A stretch of DNA of 64,000 nt from assembly GCA_964291405.2 (NCBI GenBank), contig OZ219926.1, positions 3,232,001-3,296,000 of the forward strand, read 5' to 3'. The notes beneath the pieces are model-generated. The model saw only the letters and a list, made by a program, of their open reading frames with translations, did not search any database and was not told the origin of the DNA. Below are positions 27,557 to 36,482 of this stretch, piece after piece; position 1 is the stretch's first letter, and each line of letters opens with the position of its first letter. This stretch comes from Thermodesulfobacteriota bacterium (GTDB lineage Bacteria; Desulfobacterota; Binatia; Bin18). Both the position numbers and the translations under genes were made by a program.

Positions 27557-28765
27557 CTATGACTCGCGTAAACGCGCGACCCGTTTGCGTATCTCTGCGC
27601 ACAGGGCCTCAGCATTGCTCTTTTTTCGACTCTCCTCAAACGCTTGTGTAAAACGCACGCAAACTGGTACGGCGTTCTTGTATGTAGCCAAAGCGTCTTT
27701 CTCTCTGCCCATTTTCTCGAGCGCTTCACCGTAGTTGGCATAGGCATAGGCGTAATGCGGGGCCAACTGTATGGTCTGGTACCATGCGTTTGCCGCGCCC
27801 TGCCAATCCTCTCTCTCGGCGAGTATATATCCCAGCCGATTGTGGACATACGGTGCGGAGGGAACTAATTGCAAGGCTTTTTGATAGGTGTCAAACGCCT
27901 CCTGCTCCTTCCCCAGCGCTTCGAACGCGCGGGCAAGATGGACGTGCGCCGTGGCATTATCCGGCTCAAGCCGGAGCGCTTGCTGAAAGGCGGTCGCTGC
28001 CTGGGTGTGATCTTTTTGGTCTCGGAAGGCAAGCCCTAACAGATGATGCGCCTGGGCGGTCTGCGGAGCGAGGCGCAGGGTCTCTTTCCACTCGGCGACT
28101 GCCGCGTCAATTTTGCCGGCATCATAGAGAATTTGCCCCTGTTCAAGATGATAACGGGCCTGTTGCGATAATGGCCTTGGAGAAGCGGACTGCTCCGGTT
28201 CAATTTGGGGGGAAGGGGGCGGCGGGGTTGGGACCGCAGCCACGATCGGAGCCGGGCTCTTGAGTGCACGCTGGGAAGCCGGTGTTGTCTGAGACCGCGA
28301 AAAAAGCACCTGGGTCCGTACCGATGAAGAGTCACCGCCTTGTTTCCCCAGTTTGGCAAGAATCTCATTGGCTCGGTGTTCAACCGAATGCACCGGCATT
28401 GTCTGGCCGTTGAGGTCCAAGACAAGGCGCAGGTGTTGCGGATGCGAGCCGGTGCGGACGTGGGTGAGGAGCGCATCATCGGCTTGATAGGTACGGGACG
28501 GTACGTTTTGTACCGGACCGTGCACATCAATGACGATGCGTGAAGGCGATGACAGGGAGAACGACCGTATGGAGTCAGGCGGATGAGAAAACTGAAACAG
28601 GACTGTCCGTGTCTCCCCCTCAGTCGTCAGGCGTATTTCTTGTAAGCGGAGAGCGGCGGACTGGGCAAAGGCAAGAGGCGTCCCCAAGACGAGCCAGAGC
28701 AGAACCAGACTAATCTGTGCGACGCTGAAGTCGGTGCGTGTTCTCTGCATGACAACGCTTGACAT
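27557..28765 (-). CDS. AMIN domain + TPR repeat protein
   Basis: Signal peptide (PLAFA), SPSRIVIDV...VRTGSHPQHLRLVLDL, Pro linker, multiple TPRs; start approximate. Confidence 0.85.
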   Translation of the reverse strand: MSSVVMQRTRTDFSVAQISLVLLWLVLGTPLAFAQSAALRLQEIRLTTEGETRTVLFQFSHPPDSIRSFSLSSPSRIVIDVHGPVQNVPSRTYQADDALLTHVRTGSHPQHLRLVLDLNGQTMPVHSVEHRANEILAKLGKQGGDSSSVRTQVLFSRSQTTPASQRALKSPAPIVAAVPTPPPPSPQIEPEQSASPRPLSQQARYHLEQGQILYDAGKIDAAVAEWKETLRLAPQTAQAHHLLGLAFRDQKDHTQAATAFQQALRLEPDNATAHVHLARAFEALGKEQEAFDTYQKALQLVPSAPYVHNRLGYILAEREDWQGAANAWYQTIQLAPHYAYAYANYGEALEKMGREKDALATYKNAVPVCVRFTQAFEESRKKSNAEALCAEIRKRVARLRES

Positions 28766-28791
28766 GGCGATGCCTACCCGGCTGGAGCCGC

Positions 28792-29505
28792 TCAGGCGTC
28801 CGAGTCCGGGGGGTCGGTGCGGGGACACAGCCGCTGCGAAACGGTGGTCAATTCCTGGCGCACCTCGTCGAGTTGGGCTTCGACGTGTTGCATCGCCCGC
28901 ATGATGGCCCCACTGTCCGGGCGCGTTTCGGGCGTCAGCCCGCCGGACTCGAGCAGGCGGCTGAAGACCCGCACGATTTCCTCGGGCGTAATCTCCTCTC
29001 CGGGCTGATACCAGCGGTATAACCAGTTGCACATGCCGCTAAAGGCCTGCATCAGCAGCCGGGGATTTTCGTCGATGATCTCGCCCCGCTCGATGCCACT
29101 GCGAATTTCGTCCTCGATCAACAGATCGATCTCCTGCTGCATGGCTTCAACGACCTGGACCGTTTCCGGCGGCAGGTTGGCTTCCTGGCGAAACAGCAGA
29201 CAGAGCGACTGATCCGTCGTGAGCGAGGCGATCTGGTGCGCCATCACCTGTCGAATCTTCTCCGGACGAGAGAGCGGTCGGACCAGGATTTCCTCCAGGG
29301 TGGCCCGATAGCTCTTCAGCGAACGGGTAAAGATGGCGGTCAGCAGCGCGGCCTTGCTCTCAAAATAGGTGTAGAAGGTCACCCTGGAGATACCGACATG
29401 CGCGACGATGTCGTCCAGCTTGGTTTCATTATAGCCGCGCTGGGTAAAGCATTCCGTGGCCGTGCGCAGGAGTTCTTCTTCTACGAGCTGGCGCTTTGTT
29501 GTCAT
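28792..29505 (-). CDS. TetR/AcrR family transcriptional regulator (KstR2-like C-terminus)
   Basis: FTQRGYNETKLDDIV..VGISRVTFYTYFESK HTH; GMCNWLYRWYQPG. Confidence 0.92.
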   Translation of the reverse strand: MTTKRQLVEEELLRTATECFTQRGYNETKLDDIVAHVGISRVTFYTYFESKAALLTAIFTRSLKSYRATLEEILVRPLSRPEKIRQVMAHQIASLTTDQSLCLLFRQEANLPPETVQVVEAMQQEIDLLIEDEIRSGIERGEIIDENPRLLMQAFSGMCNWLYRWYQPGEEITPEEIVRVFSRLLESGGLTPETRPDSGAIMRAMQHVEAQLDEVRQELTTVSQRLCPRTDPPDSDA

Positions 29506-29539
29506 CCCGGCCTCTGGGCTAAAGATAAAAGATTTTGGC

Positions 29540-29581
29540 TTGACTGATAAAGAGGATATGTAATAATACTTACCCCAAGTA
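29540..29581 (+). promoter_or_regulatory. Putative promoter and TetR operator
   Basis: TTGACT-N16-AATAAT; palindrome TACTT-N5-AAGTA at 29567-29581 in the divergent intergenic region. Confidence 0.4.
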
Positions 29582-29642
29582 AAGAAATCTATACAAGAGT
29601 AAAGTTCTCTTTGCTCGGAAACAAGAGAGGTCCAGGCTTGGG

Positions 29643-29694
29643 ACCATTCATGAAGCTGGAACCATTCATGAAGAAGGAGGGACCATTCATGAAG
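29643..29694 (+). repeat. Triple direct repeat ACCATTCATGAAG
   Basis: Copies at 29643, 29661, 29682; each holds an in-frame ATG. Confidence 0.85.
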
Positions 29695-31002
29695 AGGCGT
29701 GCGTTGGCGAAATCGATCTGTTTTGTATTCCTGGCAGCCGCGCTGATGCTCGGCGGTCTATGGATATCGCCCCTGACGGCATTTGCCAACCAGGACCAGA
29801 GCTATGACACCCTGCGGCACTGGATCGAGCACGCCCGTCCGGAGACCGAGCTAACCCCCGGACAGCATCTGACTCTCCAAGATCGCGCCATACTGGAGCC
29901 GCTCATTCCCAAGACGGCCTGGGAGTACTACTTCTATGACGGCATGGATATGGAGATTACGGAGACCGGGACCTACCCACCCCCGGTAGATTGGGGCAAG
30001 AATGTCCCGTCCGGCTACCACCTGGATGAGCAGGGGGTGTTGGTCGGCTTCAAGGGTGGGGGTTTTCCTTTCCCGAATATTGACGAAGACGACCCCCAAG
30101 CGGCGCAGCAAGTCATCTGGAATCTGTTGTGGCGACCTGGGGCCGAAGACTATATCATGCCGATGGTGGCGTGGTCGCGGAGTCCGAATGGCCAGTTGGA
30201 CCGCCAGTTTGAGTTTACCGCCATCGCTTCCCGTTATGCGCAGGGGGACCACTGCTTGGTGCCGGGTTATGAAGAAGTGAAAACCAAGCAGTTGATGGAG
30301 TTCCGCTCGCCCCGGGACATGGCCGGGGCGAAAATGCTGACCAAGATCTATGTGGATCACTACAAAGAGGACAATGGGTGGATGTATATGCCTGCGCAGC
30401 GCAAGCCACGGCGAACGCTGGCCTCCGAGCGTACGAGTGAGGTCATGGGCATGGATTTCACTATGGAAGACTTCATAGGCTTTGGCGGCAAGGTGTATGA
30501 GCACAATTGGAGCTATCTGGGGAAGAGGAAGGTGCTGGCCACGATCAATGTTGAGACCAACCCAGAAGCCGGTGGTCCGCACCTCTGGGTACCGAAGAAC
30601 GCGCGCTGGGAGGTACGCGAGGCGCACGTGCTGCTGATTGATCCCAAAGCCGACAACCATCCGTATAGCCACAAGATCGTCTTTGTCGACACCGAGACGT
30701 TCTGGACGCTGTGGATGTTCGCTTTTGATCGCCAGGACGATCACCTCTTACGTATGAACCAGCATTTTCTCAAGTATTCCGAGAGCTTTGCCCACGAGAC
30801 CGCCACCCAATCACCTTATATGAAGCTGGATTACGCGAATAATGTCGGGGAGCGGATATTCTACCATCTGGGAGAGACCGATATTAACGCCAAAAAACCG
30901 CACGCGACGTATATGCACTGTTATGTCATGACGAGACATTTTTCCTCGGGACGGGCCAAGCAATTCTATTCCGTCCGCAATATGGTCAGCGGGCGGCGTT
31001 AG
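29689..31002 (+). CDS. DUF1329 domain protein (periplasmic), paralogue 1
   Basis: Signal peptide, GGGFPFP, QVIWN, WMYMPAQRKPRR, HPYSHKIVFVD; SD AAGGAGG. Confidence 0.82.
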   Translation: MKRRALAKSICFVFLAAALMLGGLWISPLTAFANQDQSYDTLRHWIEHARPETELTPGQHLTLQDRAILEPLIPKTAWEYYFYDGMDMEITETGTYPPPVDWGKNVPSGYHLDEQGVLVGFKGGGFPFPNIDEDDPQAAQQVIWNLLWRPGAEDYIMPMVAWSRSPNGQLDRQFEFTAIASRYAQGDHCLVPGYEEVKTKQLMEFRSPRDMAGAKMLTKIYVDHYKEDNGWMYMPAQRKPRRTLASERTSEVMGMDFTMEDFIGFGGKVYEHNWSYLGKRKVLATINVETNPEAGGPHLWVPKNARWEVREAHVLLIDPKADNHPYSHKIVFVDTETFWTLWMFAFDRQDDHLLRMNQHFLKYSESFAHETATQSPYMKLDYANNVGERIFYHLGETDINAKKPHATYMHCYVMTRHFSSGRAKQFYSVRNMVSGRR

Positions 31003-31019
31003 AGAAGGATCATATCAAT

Positions 31020-32327
31020 ATGCGCTTCCGTATCTGCTTCACCTCGTATGTCCTCTTCCTCGGTCTGGCTGTGATCCTTAGTGGCCTCTGGCTGTCGTCC
31101 ACAGCGCTGGCCAACCAGGATCAGAGCTATGACACCCTGCGGCACTGGATCGAGCACGCCCGTCCGGAGACCGAACTGACCCCCGGACAGCATCTCACCC
31201 TCAAAGACCGCGCCATCCTTGAATCGTTTATCCCTCAGCCGGCTTGGGAATATTACTTCTACGACGGCATGGATATGGAGATTACGGAAACCGGAGCCTA
31301 CCCGCCCCCGGCAGACTGGGGCCAGAATGTCCCGTCCGGGTACCAACTGGATGAGCAGGGGGTGCTGATTGGATTTAAGGGTGGGGGCTTTCCTTTCCCG
31401 GACATCGACGAAGACGACCCGCAGGCCGCGCAAAAAATTATCTGGAATATGTTGTGGCGGCCTGGGGCCGAAGACTATGTCATGCCCATGGTGGCGTGGT
31501 CGCGAAGTCCGAACGGACAGTTGGACCGCCAGTTTGAGTTTACTGCGGTCGCTTCCCGTTACGCTCAGGGGGACCACTGTCTGGTGCCTGGCTATGAAGA
31601 AGTAAAAACCAAGCAACTGATGGAATTCCGCTCGCCGCGTGACTTGGCCGGGGCGAAAATGCTGACCAAAACCTACGTGGATCACTACAAAGAAGACAAT
31701 GGCTGGATGTATATGCCTGCGCAGCGCAAGCCGCGCCGGACGCTGGCCTCCGAGCGTACCAGTGAGGTCATGGGCATGGATTACACCATGGAAGACGCTA
31801 TGGGCTTTGGCGGCAAGGTGTATGAGCACACCTGGAGCTATCTGGGCAAACGGCGAGTGCTGGCCACGATGAATGTCGAGACCAACCCGGAAGCCGGCGG
31901 TCCGCATCTATGGGTACCGAAGAACGCGCGCTGGGAGGTACGCGAGGCGCATGTGCTGCTGATCGATCCCAAATCCGATAACCACCCCTATAGCCATAAA
32001 ATTGTGTTTATCGACACCGAGACGTTCTGGACGCTGTGGATGTTCGGCTTCGACCGCCAGGACGATCTCCTTTTGCGTATGAACCAGCACTTTCTCAAGT
32101 ATTCCGAGAGCTTTGCCCACGATACGGTTGACCAAGCACCCTATATGAAGCTGGATTTCTCAAATAATGTCGGGCAGCGATTGTTCTACCATCTGGGAGA
32201 GACCGATATTAACGCCAAAAAACCACACGCGACTTTCTCGCACTGTTATGTAATGACAAGACATTTCTCCTCGGGGCGGGCCAAGCAAGTCTATTCCGTC
32301 CGCAATATGGTCAGTGGGCGGCGCTAG
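31020..32327 (+). CDS. DUF1329 domain protein, paralogue 2
   Basis: Highly similar tandem paralogue. Confidence 0.82.
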   Translation: MRFRICFTSYVLFLGLAVILSGLWLSSTALANQDQSYDTLRHWIEHARPETELTPGQHLTLKDRAILESFIPQPAWEYYFYDGMDMEITETGAYPPPADWGQNVPSGYQLDEQGVLIGFKGGGFPFPDIDEDDPQAAQKIIWNMLWRPGAEDYVMPMVAWSRSPNGQLDRQFEFTAVASRYAQGDHCLVPGYEEVKTKQLMEFRSPRDLAGAKMLTKTYVDHYKEDNGWMYMPAQRKPRRTLASERTSEVMGMDYTMEDAMGFGGKVYEHTWSYLGKRRVLATMNVETNPEAGGPHLWVPKNARWEVREAHVLLIDPKSDNHPYSHKIVFIDTETFWTLWMFGFDRQDDLLLRMNQHFLKYSESFAHDTVDQAPYMKLDFSNNVGQRLFYHLGETDINAKKPHATFSHCYVMTRHFSSGRAKQVYSVRNMVSGRR

Positions 32328-32347
32328 ACTGCTCAGAATAGTGTCAT

Positions 32348-33949
32348 ATGCGCCTTCGTATCTGTTTCGCCTCGTGTGCTCTCTTCCTCGGCTTGGCTGT
32401 GATGCCGGCACCGTCGTGGGGCATTATTGCCGTCACCGATGACGTTGAACTCGAAGGGTTTGTCAAAACCCAAAACATCATCCGCACCCCGATGTTTCGG
32501 GATGCGGAATTCATCATGCAGCGGAATACGGCGCAACTGGAGGGCAAGTACTACTTTTTGCGTGAGAGCCAAGCCTTTGGTCGTTTCGCCACTGGCCCGT
32601 TGGAAGAGGCCACGCTGACCCTTATTGGCCGCGGCGTGTACGACACGGTCTATGATATTCGGCATACATATAACGAGGCCTTCGGCAAGGACCAGCGCCT
32701 CAACCGCCAGGCTGAGTACAAGCTGCGCGAAGCCTTTGTCGATATGGTGCTGCCCCCGTTTACACTCCGGCTGGGCCGCCAGCAAGTCGTGTGGGGAGAG
32801 ACCGATAATTTTCGGGCGCTGGATGTCATCAACCCTCTCGATCTGCGCTGGCACGCCAACTGGGAACCCTGGGAGGATATCCGTATTCCGCTATGGATGG
32901 CGCGGGCGATTTACGACATTGGCAAATTCGGTCCGCTTGAAGAATCCTTTATCGAGGCGGTCTGGATTCCATGGGATTTTCAGCCCAATAAGGTGGCCGC
33001 CGACCCTCGTCGTCCCTGGGGATTTATCGGCGACGGCCTGGCTGAGGTGGCCAACTCTGTCATGGATGGAGATGAACTCCTTAACCTCATCACTACGGTG
33101 AGGGATGATAAGCCGAGTAAAAAGTTCAAGAACGGCCAGGCCGGAGTACGCTTCAAGGCCATCTGGGGTGGGATCGATTTCAGCCTCAACTATTTCTATG
33201 GTTTTTCCGCGGACGCCGGCTTCAAGGTTCGCTCGGACTTAGCCCGCCTTGAGGGCAGGACCCTGCACGCCGTACTCGACCGTGTACATCCGCGTTCTCA
33301 CGTTGTCGGCATTGCGGCCAATTATTCGGAGGAAAAATATACGCAGTCCGTTTTCCGGGTGGAAACGACTTTTACGACGGGTGTGCCGGTCGCACTTGAC
33401 CCGGCTGCATTAGGGACCCGGCTCGACCCGGATGGGAATCTCTTTGACACGGCTGACCGTTCGGTCGTCATGCTGGCCATTGACCGCCCGACCTGGATTC
33501 GTCCGCTGAATGATATACGGACGTTTTTCCTCTCCGCGCAGTTCTTCTGGCGGCGCTATCTGGACTACAGTCGTTTCTACCGCGGCATTCCGTCCGTCCG
33601 GCGTGCTCACATGGATGGTGAGGTCGTCCCAGGTCGATTCATCAGCGAGAATAGAGACAAAATCGATCAGAACGAGTTTGTCATTACCTTTTCCGCTTCC
33701 ACCAGCTATGGGCCAGGCGGGCTCTGGCAGCCCTTGTTTGTGTTTGCGCTCGATCCGCTCTCCACAGGAGCGTATAACAAATTCGCCATGGACTACCTGT
33801 GGTCAAACTATTTTATCTTGCGGTTTGAGCAGAATTTCTTCTGGCGGGTCCGCTCGCACGACCCAGGGCCCTGGGCCATTGGAGACCTGTACGGTCGTCC
33901 CCGCGACAGCCGCCACGAGAGTGTTGTCAGCGCGATCTTTCAATTTTAG
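32348..33949 (+). CDS. DUF1302 family outer-membrane protein
   Basis: LREAFVD, RLGRQQVVWGETD.FRALDVINPLD, EDIRIPLW; C-terminal Phe. Confidence 0.85.
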   Translation: MRLRICFASCALFLGLAVMPAPSWGIIAVTDDVELEGFVKTQNIIRTPMFRDAEFIMQRNTAQLEGKYYFLRESQAFGRFATGPLEEATLTLIGRGVYDTVYDIRHTYNEAFGKDQRLNRQAEYKLREAFVDMVLPPFTLRLGRQQVVWGETDNFRALDVINPLDLRWHANWEPWEDIRIPLWMARAIYDIGKFGPLEESFIEAVWIPWDFQPNKVAADPRRPWGFIGDGLAEVANSVMDGDELLNLITTVRDDKPSKKFKNGQAGVRFKAIWGGIDFSLNYFYGFSADAGFKVRSDLARLEGRTLHAVLDRVHPRSHVVGIAANYSEEKYTQSVFRVETTFTTGVPVALDPAALGTRLDPDGNLFDTADRSVVMLAIDRPTWIRPLNDIRTFFLSAQFFWRRYLDYSRFYRGIPSVRRAHMDGEVVPGRFISENRDKIDQNEFVITFSASTSYGPGGLWQPLFVFALDPLSTGAYNKFAMDYLWSNYFILRFEQNFFWRVRSHDPGPWAIGDLYGRPRDSRHESVVSAIFQF

Positions 33950-33964
33950 TCCTGCGACAACGAC

Positions 33965-35149
33965 CTATGATTCCGAGGCGCGGAGGCGGGTAATCCGTCT
34001 CTGGACCTCGGACGCAAAAGCCGCTTGCGGGTCCAACTCGATCGCGCGTTCATAGGCGGCAAGCGCTTGTGTTGGTTGCCCCAAGCTTTCCAGTGCCTCA
34101 CCCAGATTGGCATGGGTATAGGCATAGTCCGGGTCTAACGCGATCGCCTGTTGCCACTCGTCCGCTGCGGCTTGGTGCTTGCCCTGCGCGGCAAAAATAT
34201 GACCCAAGCGGTCATGAATATACGACGAGGTCGGAACGAGTTGGAGGGCTTTCCGATACGCGGCCACGGCCTCTTGGGTATCACCGTTGGCTTCGAGCGT
34301 GCGGGCAAGATGAACATGGGCCATTGCATTGTGCGGGTCGAGCCGCAGCGACTCCTGTAACATGTCAATTGCCTCGTCACGCGCGCCATGATCCCCAAGC
34401 GCCAGCCCGAGCAGGTGGTGGGCCTTGGCATTGGTCGGTGCGAGACGAACGGTTTCGCGCCACTCGGCAATTGCCTTATTCAAATCGCCCGTATCGTAAA
34501 ACTCCTGTCCCTGCCGCAGATGGAGAAGGGCCTGGGACGATAAAGATCGCGGCGGCAACGGGTCGGGTGGCGGAGCGGGTGGTTCGGTCGCAGGCTGCGG
34601 GGCTGGGGTCGGCAGCGGTGGGGGTACGGCCGGGGCGGGCGTCGCTGGACGGACAGGGCGAGCGCGGACAATCTCGCGCTTGGGCGGCGCTTCTACCGTC
34701 TTGTTGGTATGCGAAAAAAGGATCTGAGAGTAGGCTTCTCCTTCAGTCCCGTTTTCGCGCACAAAGACAATGACCACCCGGTCGGTGCGTTGTTCTACGC
34801 TAAAGGGAGGAATCTTGGCTTGTTTGAGGTCCAGGACAAGCCGGAGATGGCCCGGGTGCGTCCCGAGGCGGACCTGGGCAAGGAGTTCGTCATCCGCCTG
34901 GTACACGGCTGTTGGTGTGCCCCGGCGCGGGCCCTGTACGTCGATGACCAAACGGGAGGGAGACGAGAGGGCAAACGAGTTGACGGCGTCCGGTAGACGC
35001 GAAAACTGAAAGAGGACAGAGCGCCGATTTCCTTGTACCGAAAGTTGGACTTTCTGCAGACTCAGCAGATCGGACTGGGCAAAGGCTGGGGTCCACCCTA
35101 TGCCGAGCCAGACATATATCGCACTGACAAAGATCCACGCCTTGCGCAC
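33965..35149 (-). CDS. AMIN domain + TPR repeat protein
   Basis: Signal peptide, SPSRLVIDV...VRLGTHPGHLRLVLDL, Pro linker, TPRs. Confidence 0.85.
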   Translation of the reverse strand: MRKAWIFVSAIYVWLGIGWTPAFAQSDLLSLQKVQLSVQGNRRSVLFQFSRLPDAVNSFALSSPSRLVIDVQGPRRGTPTAVYQADDELLAQVRLGTHPGHLRLVLDLKQAKIPPFSVEQRTDRVVIVFVRENGTEGEAYSQILFSHTNKTVEAPPKREIVRARPVRPATPAPAVPPPLPTPAPQPATEPPAPPPDPLPPRSLSSQALLHLRQGQEFYDTGDLNKAIAEWRETVRLAPTNAKAHHLLGLALGDHGARDEAIDMLQESLRLDPHNAMAHVHLARTLEANGDTQEAVAAYRKALQLVPTSSYIHDRLGHIFAAQGKHQAAADEWQQAIALDPDYAYTHANLGEALESLGQPTQALAAYERAIELDPQAAFASEVQRRITRLRASES

Positions 35150-35171
35150 TGTTGTTCTCTCCTGCCAGATT

Positions 35172-36371
35172 TTAATCTACTACAGCCGGCTCTTTTTCAA
35201 CAACTCGCCCGGTCTGGAGGAGCATGTCAGCGTCATGGGTGAGGTAATAGCAGGCGACTGTACACACGATACTCAGCAGGCCCGCGCTGTAGAACATGCT
35301 GCTCAAATTATAATAATCGACCACGATACCAAAAACCGGCGGAGCAATGGTCATCCCAAAGCTATGGACCGTCAAGAGCGTGCTCATCACCGTTCCCATA
35401 CTCGAACCCGGCGTGTGTTCCATGGCCAGCGCCATATGGGCAGGATAGGCCAGCCCGAACCCCGCGCCGACCAGGGCATTCAGGCCGAGTAAATGCCAGA
35501 ACGTTGAGGCCAGGGGAAAACCGGCCAAGGAAACGGCACTGATCAGGCTACCGATACTGATGAGGACCGCTTTATTCATGCGATCGGACAGCCGTCCGCA
35601 CGGGGACTGAAGGACCGTGCTGATCAAGACGTTCAGGGAAATCAGCGCTCCCACCTGTGAGGTAGTCAGCGGTAGCAGGGAGGCCGACAGCAGGGGCACA
35701 AAGACCCAAATGAGGGTGCTGGACAAGGCATACACCACCCGAAAGAGAGCGACGCCAAGAATGGGCCGCGAGGATAAAACCGTGTGCCAGGAGGCGATCT
35801 CCTTTTTTTCTGTGACGTGCTGTTTTTGGACTTCGGGTAAAAAGAAGAGCAGCAAGAGTAAAGACAACAGGCTCAGGAGACCCAGGAGAATAAAGCTGGC
35901 CTGCATATTGAACATGTCTTTAATCACCCCGCCTAAGATCGGTCCCCCGGCCACGCCGCCCAGAAAAGCCGTATTGACATAGCCGGCATACGCCCCCTCT
36001 TTTCCTTTGGGGGTCAGGTCGCCCACGTACGCCATGGAAACCGGCTGGACCATGGCGGTGGCGACCCCTTGGAGCGCCATGATTACGATGAGCGTCGACA
36101 GGCTGTTGGCGAGCAGATAGGCAACCGAGCTGAGGGCGTAGCCGAACAGCCCCCAGAGTAAAAACGCCTTGCGGCCATGTCGGTCCGAGGCCCGACCGAT
36201 GAGGGGTAGCAGAAAAGTGCGAGACGCCGAGTGGGCTCCAAACAGAATGCCGACGGCCACGCCGCTCGCTCCGAATTCCTGGGCGTAGATGGGGATAAAG
36301 GGAATCACCACCCCGTTGCCGAGCATGGTGGCAAACAATGCCACTGACAAAACAAAAAGCGGCCCGCTCAT
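35172..36371 (-). CDS. MFS transporter (DHA1-like)
   Basis: About 12 hydrophobic segments, GRASDRHGRK motif A. Confidence 0.92.
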   Translation of the reverse strand: MSGPLFVLSVALFATMLGNGVVIPFIPIYAQEFGASGVAVGILFGAHSASRTFLLPLIGRASDRHGRKAFLLWGLFGYALSSVAYLLANSLSTLIVIMALQGVATAMVQPVSMAYVGDLTPKGKEGAYAGYVNTAFLGGVAGGPILGGVIKDMFNMQASFILLGLLSLLSLLLLLFFLPEVQKQHVTEKKEIASWHTVLSSRPILGVALFRVVYALSSTLIWVFVPLLSASLLPLTTSQVGALISLNVLISTVLQSPCGRLSDRMNKAVLISIGSLISAVSLAGFPLASTFWHLLGLNALVGAGFGLAYPAHMALAMEHTPGSSMGTVMSTLLTVHSFGMTIAPPVFGIVVDYYNLSSMFYSAGLLSIVCTVACYYLTHDADMLLQTGRVVEKEPAVVD

Positions 36372-36482
36372 GCTGCCCTCTGAGCTATCAGCCGCTTGTG
36401 GGAAGAGATCGGTCGCTCCCCAAGAAGCTCAACGCTCCCGACCGGAAAATCGGATTTCTGATTAGTGCGGACCAAGTGTCGC

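Noticed and set aside
28766-29032. N-terminal extension of the 491-aa AMIN-TPR ORF
   Set aside because: Overlaps the TetR gene; the signal peptide begins near 28765
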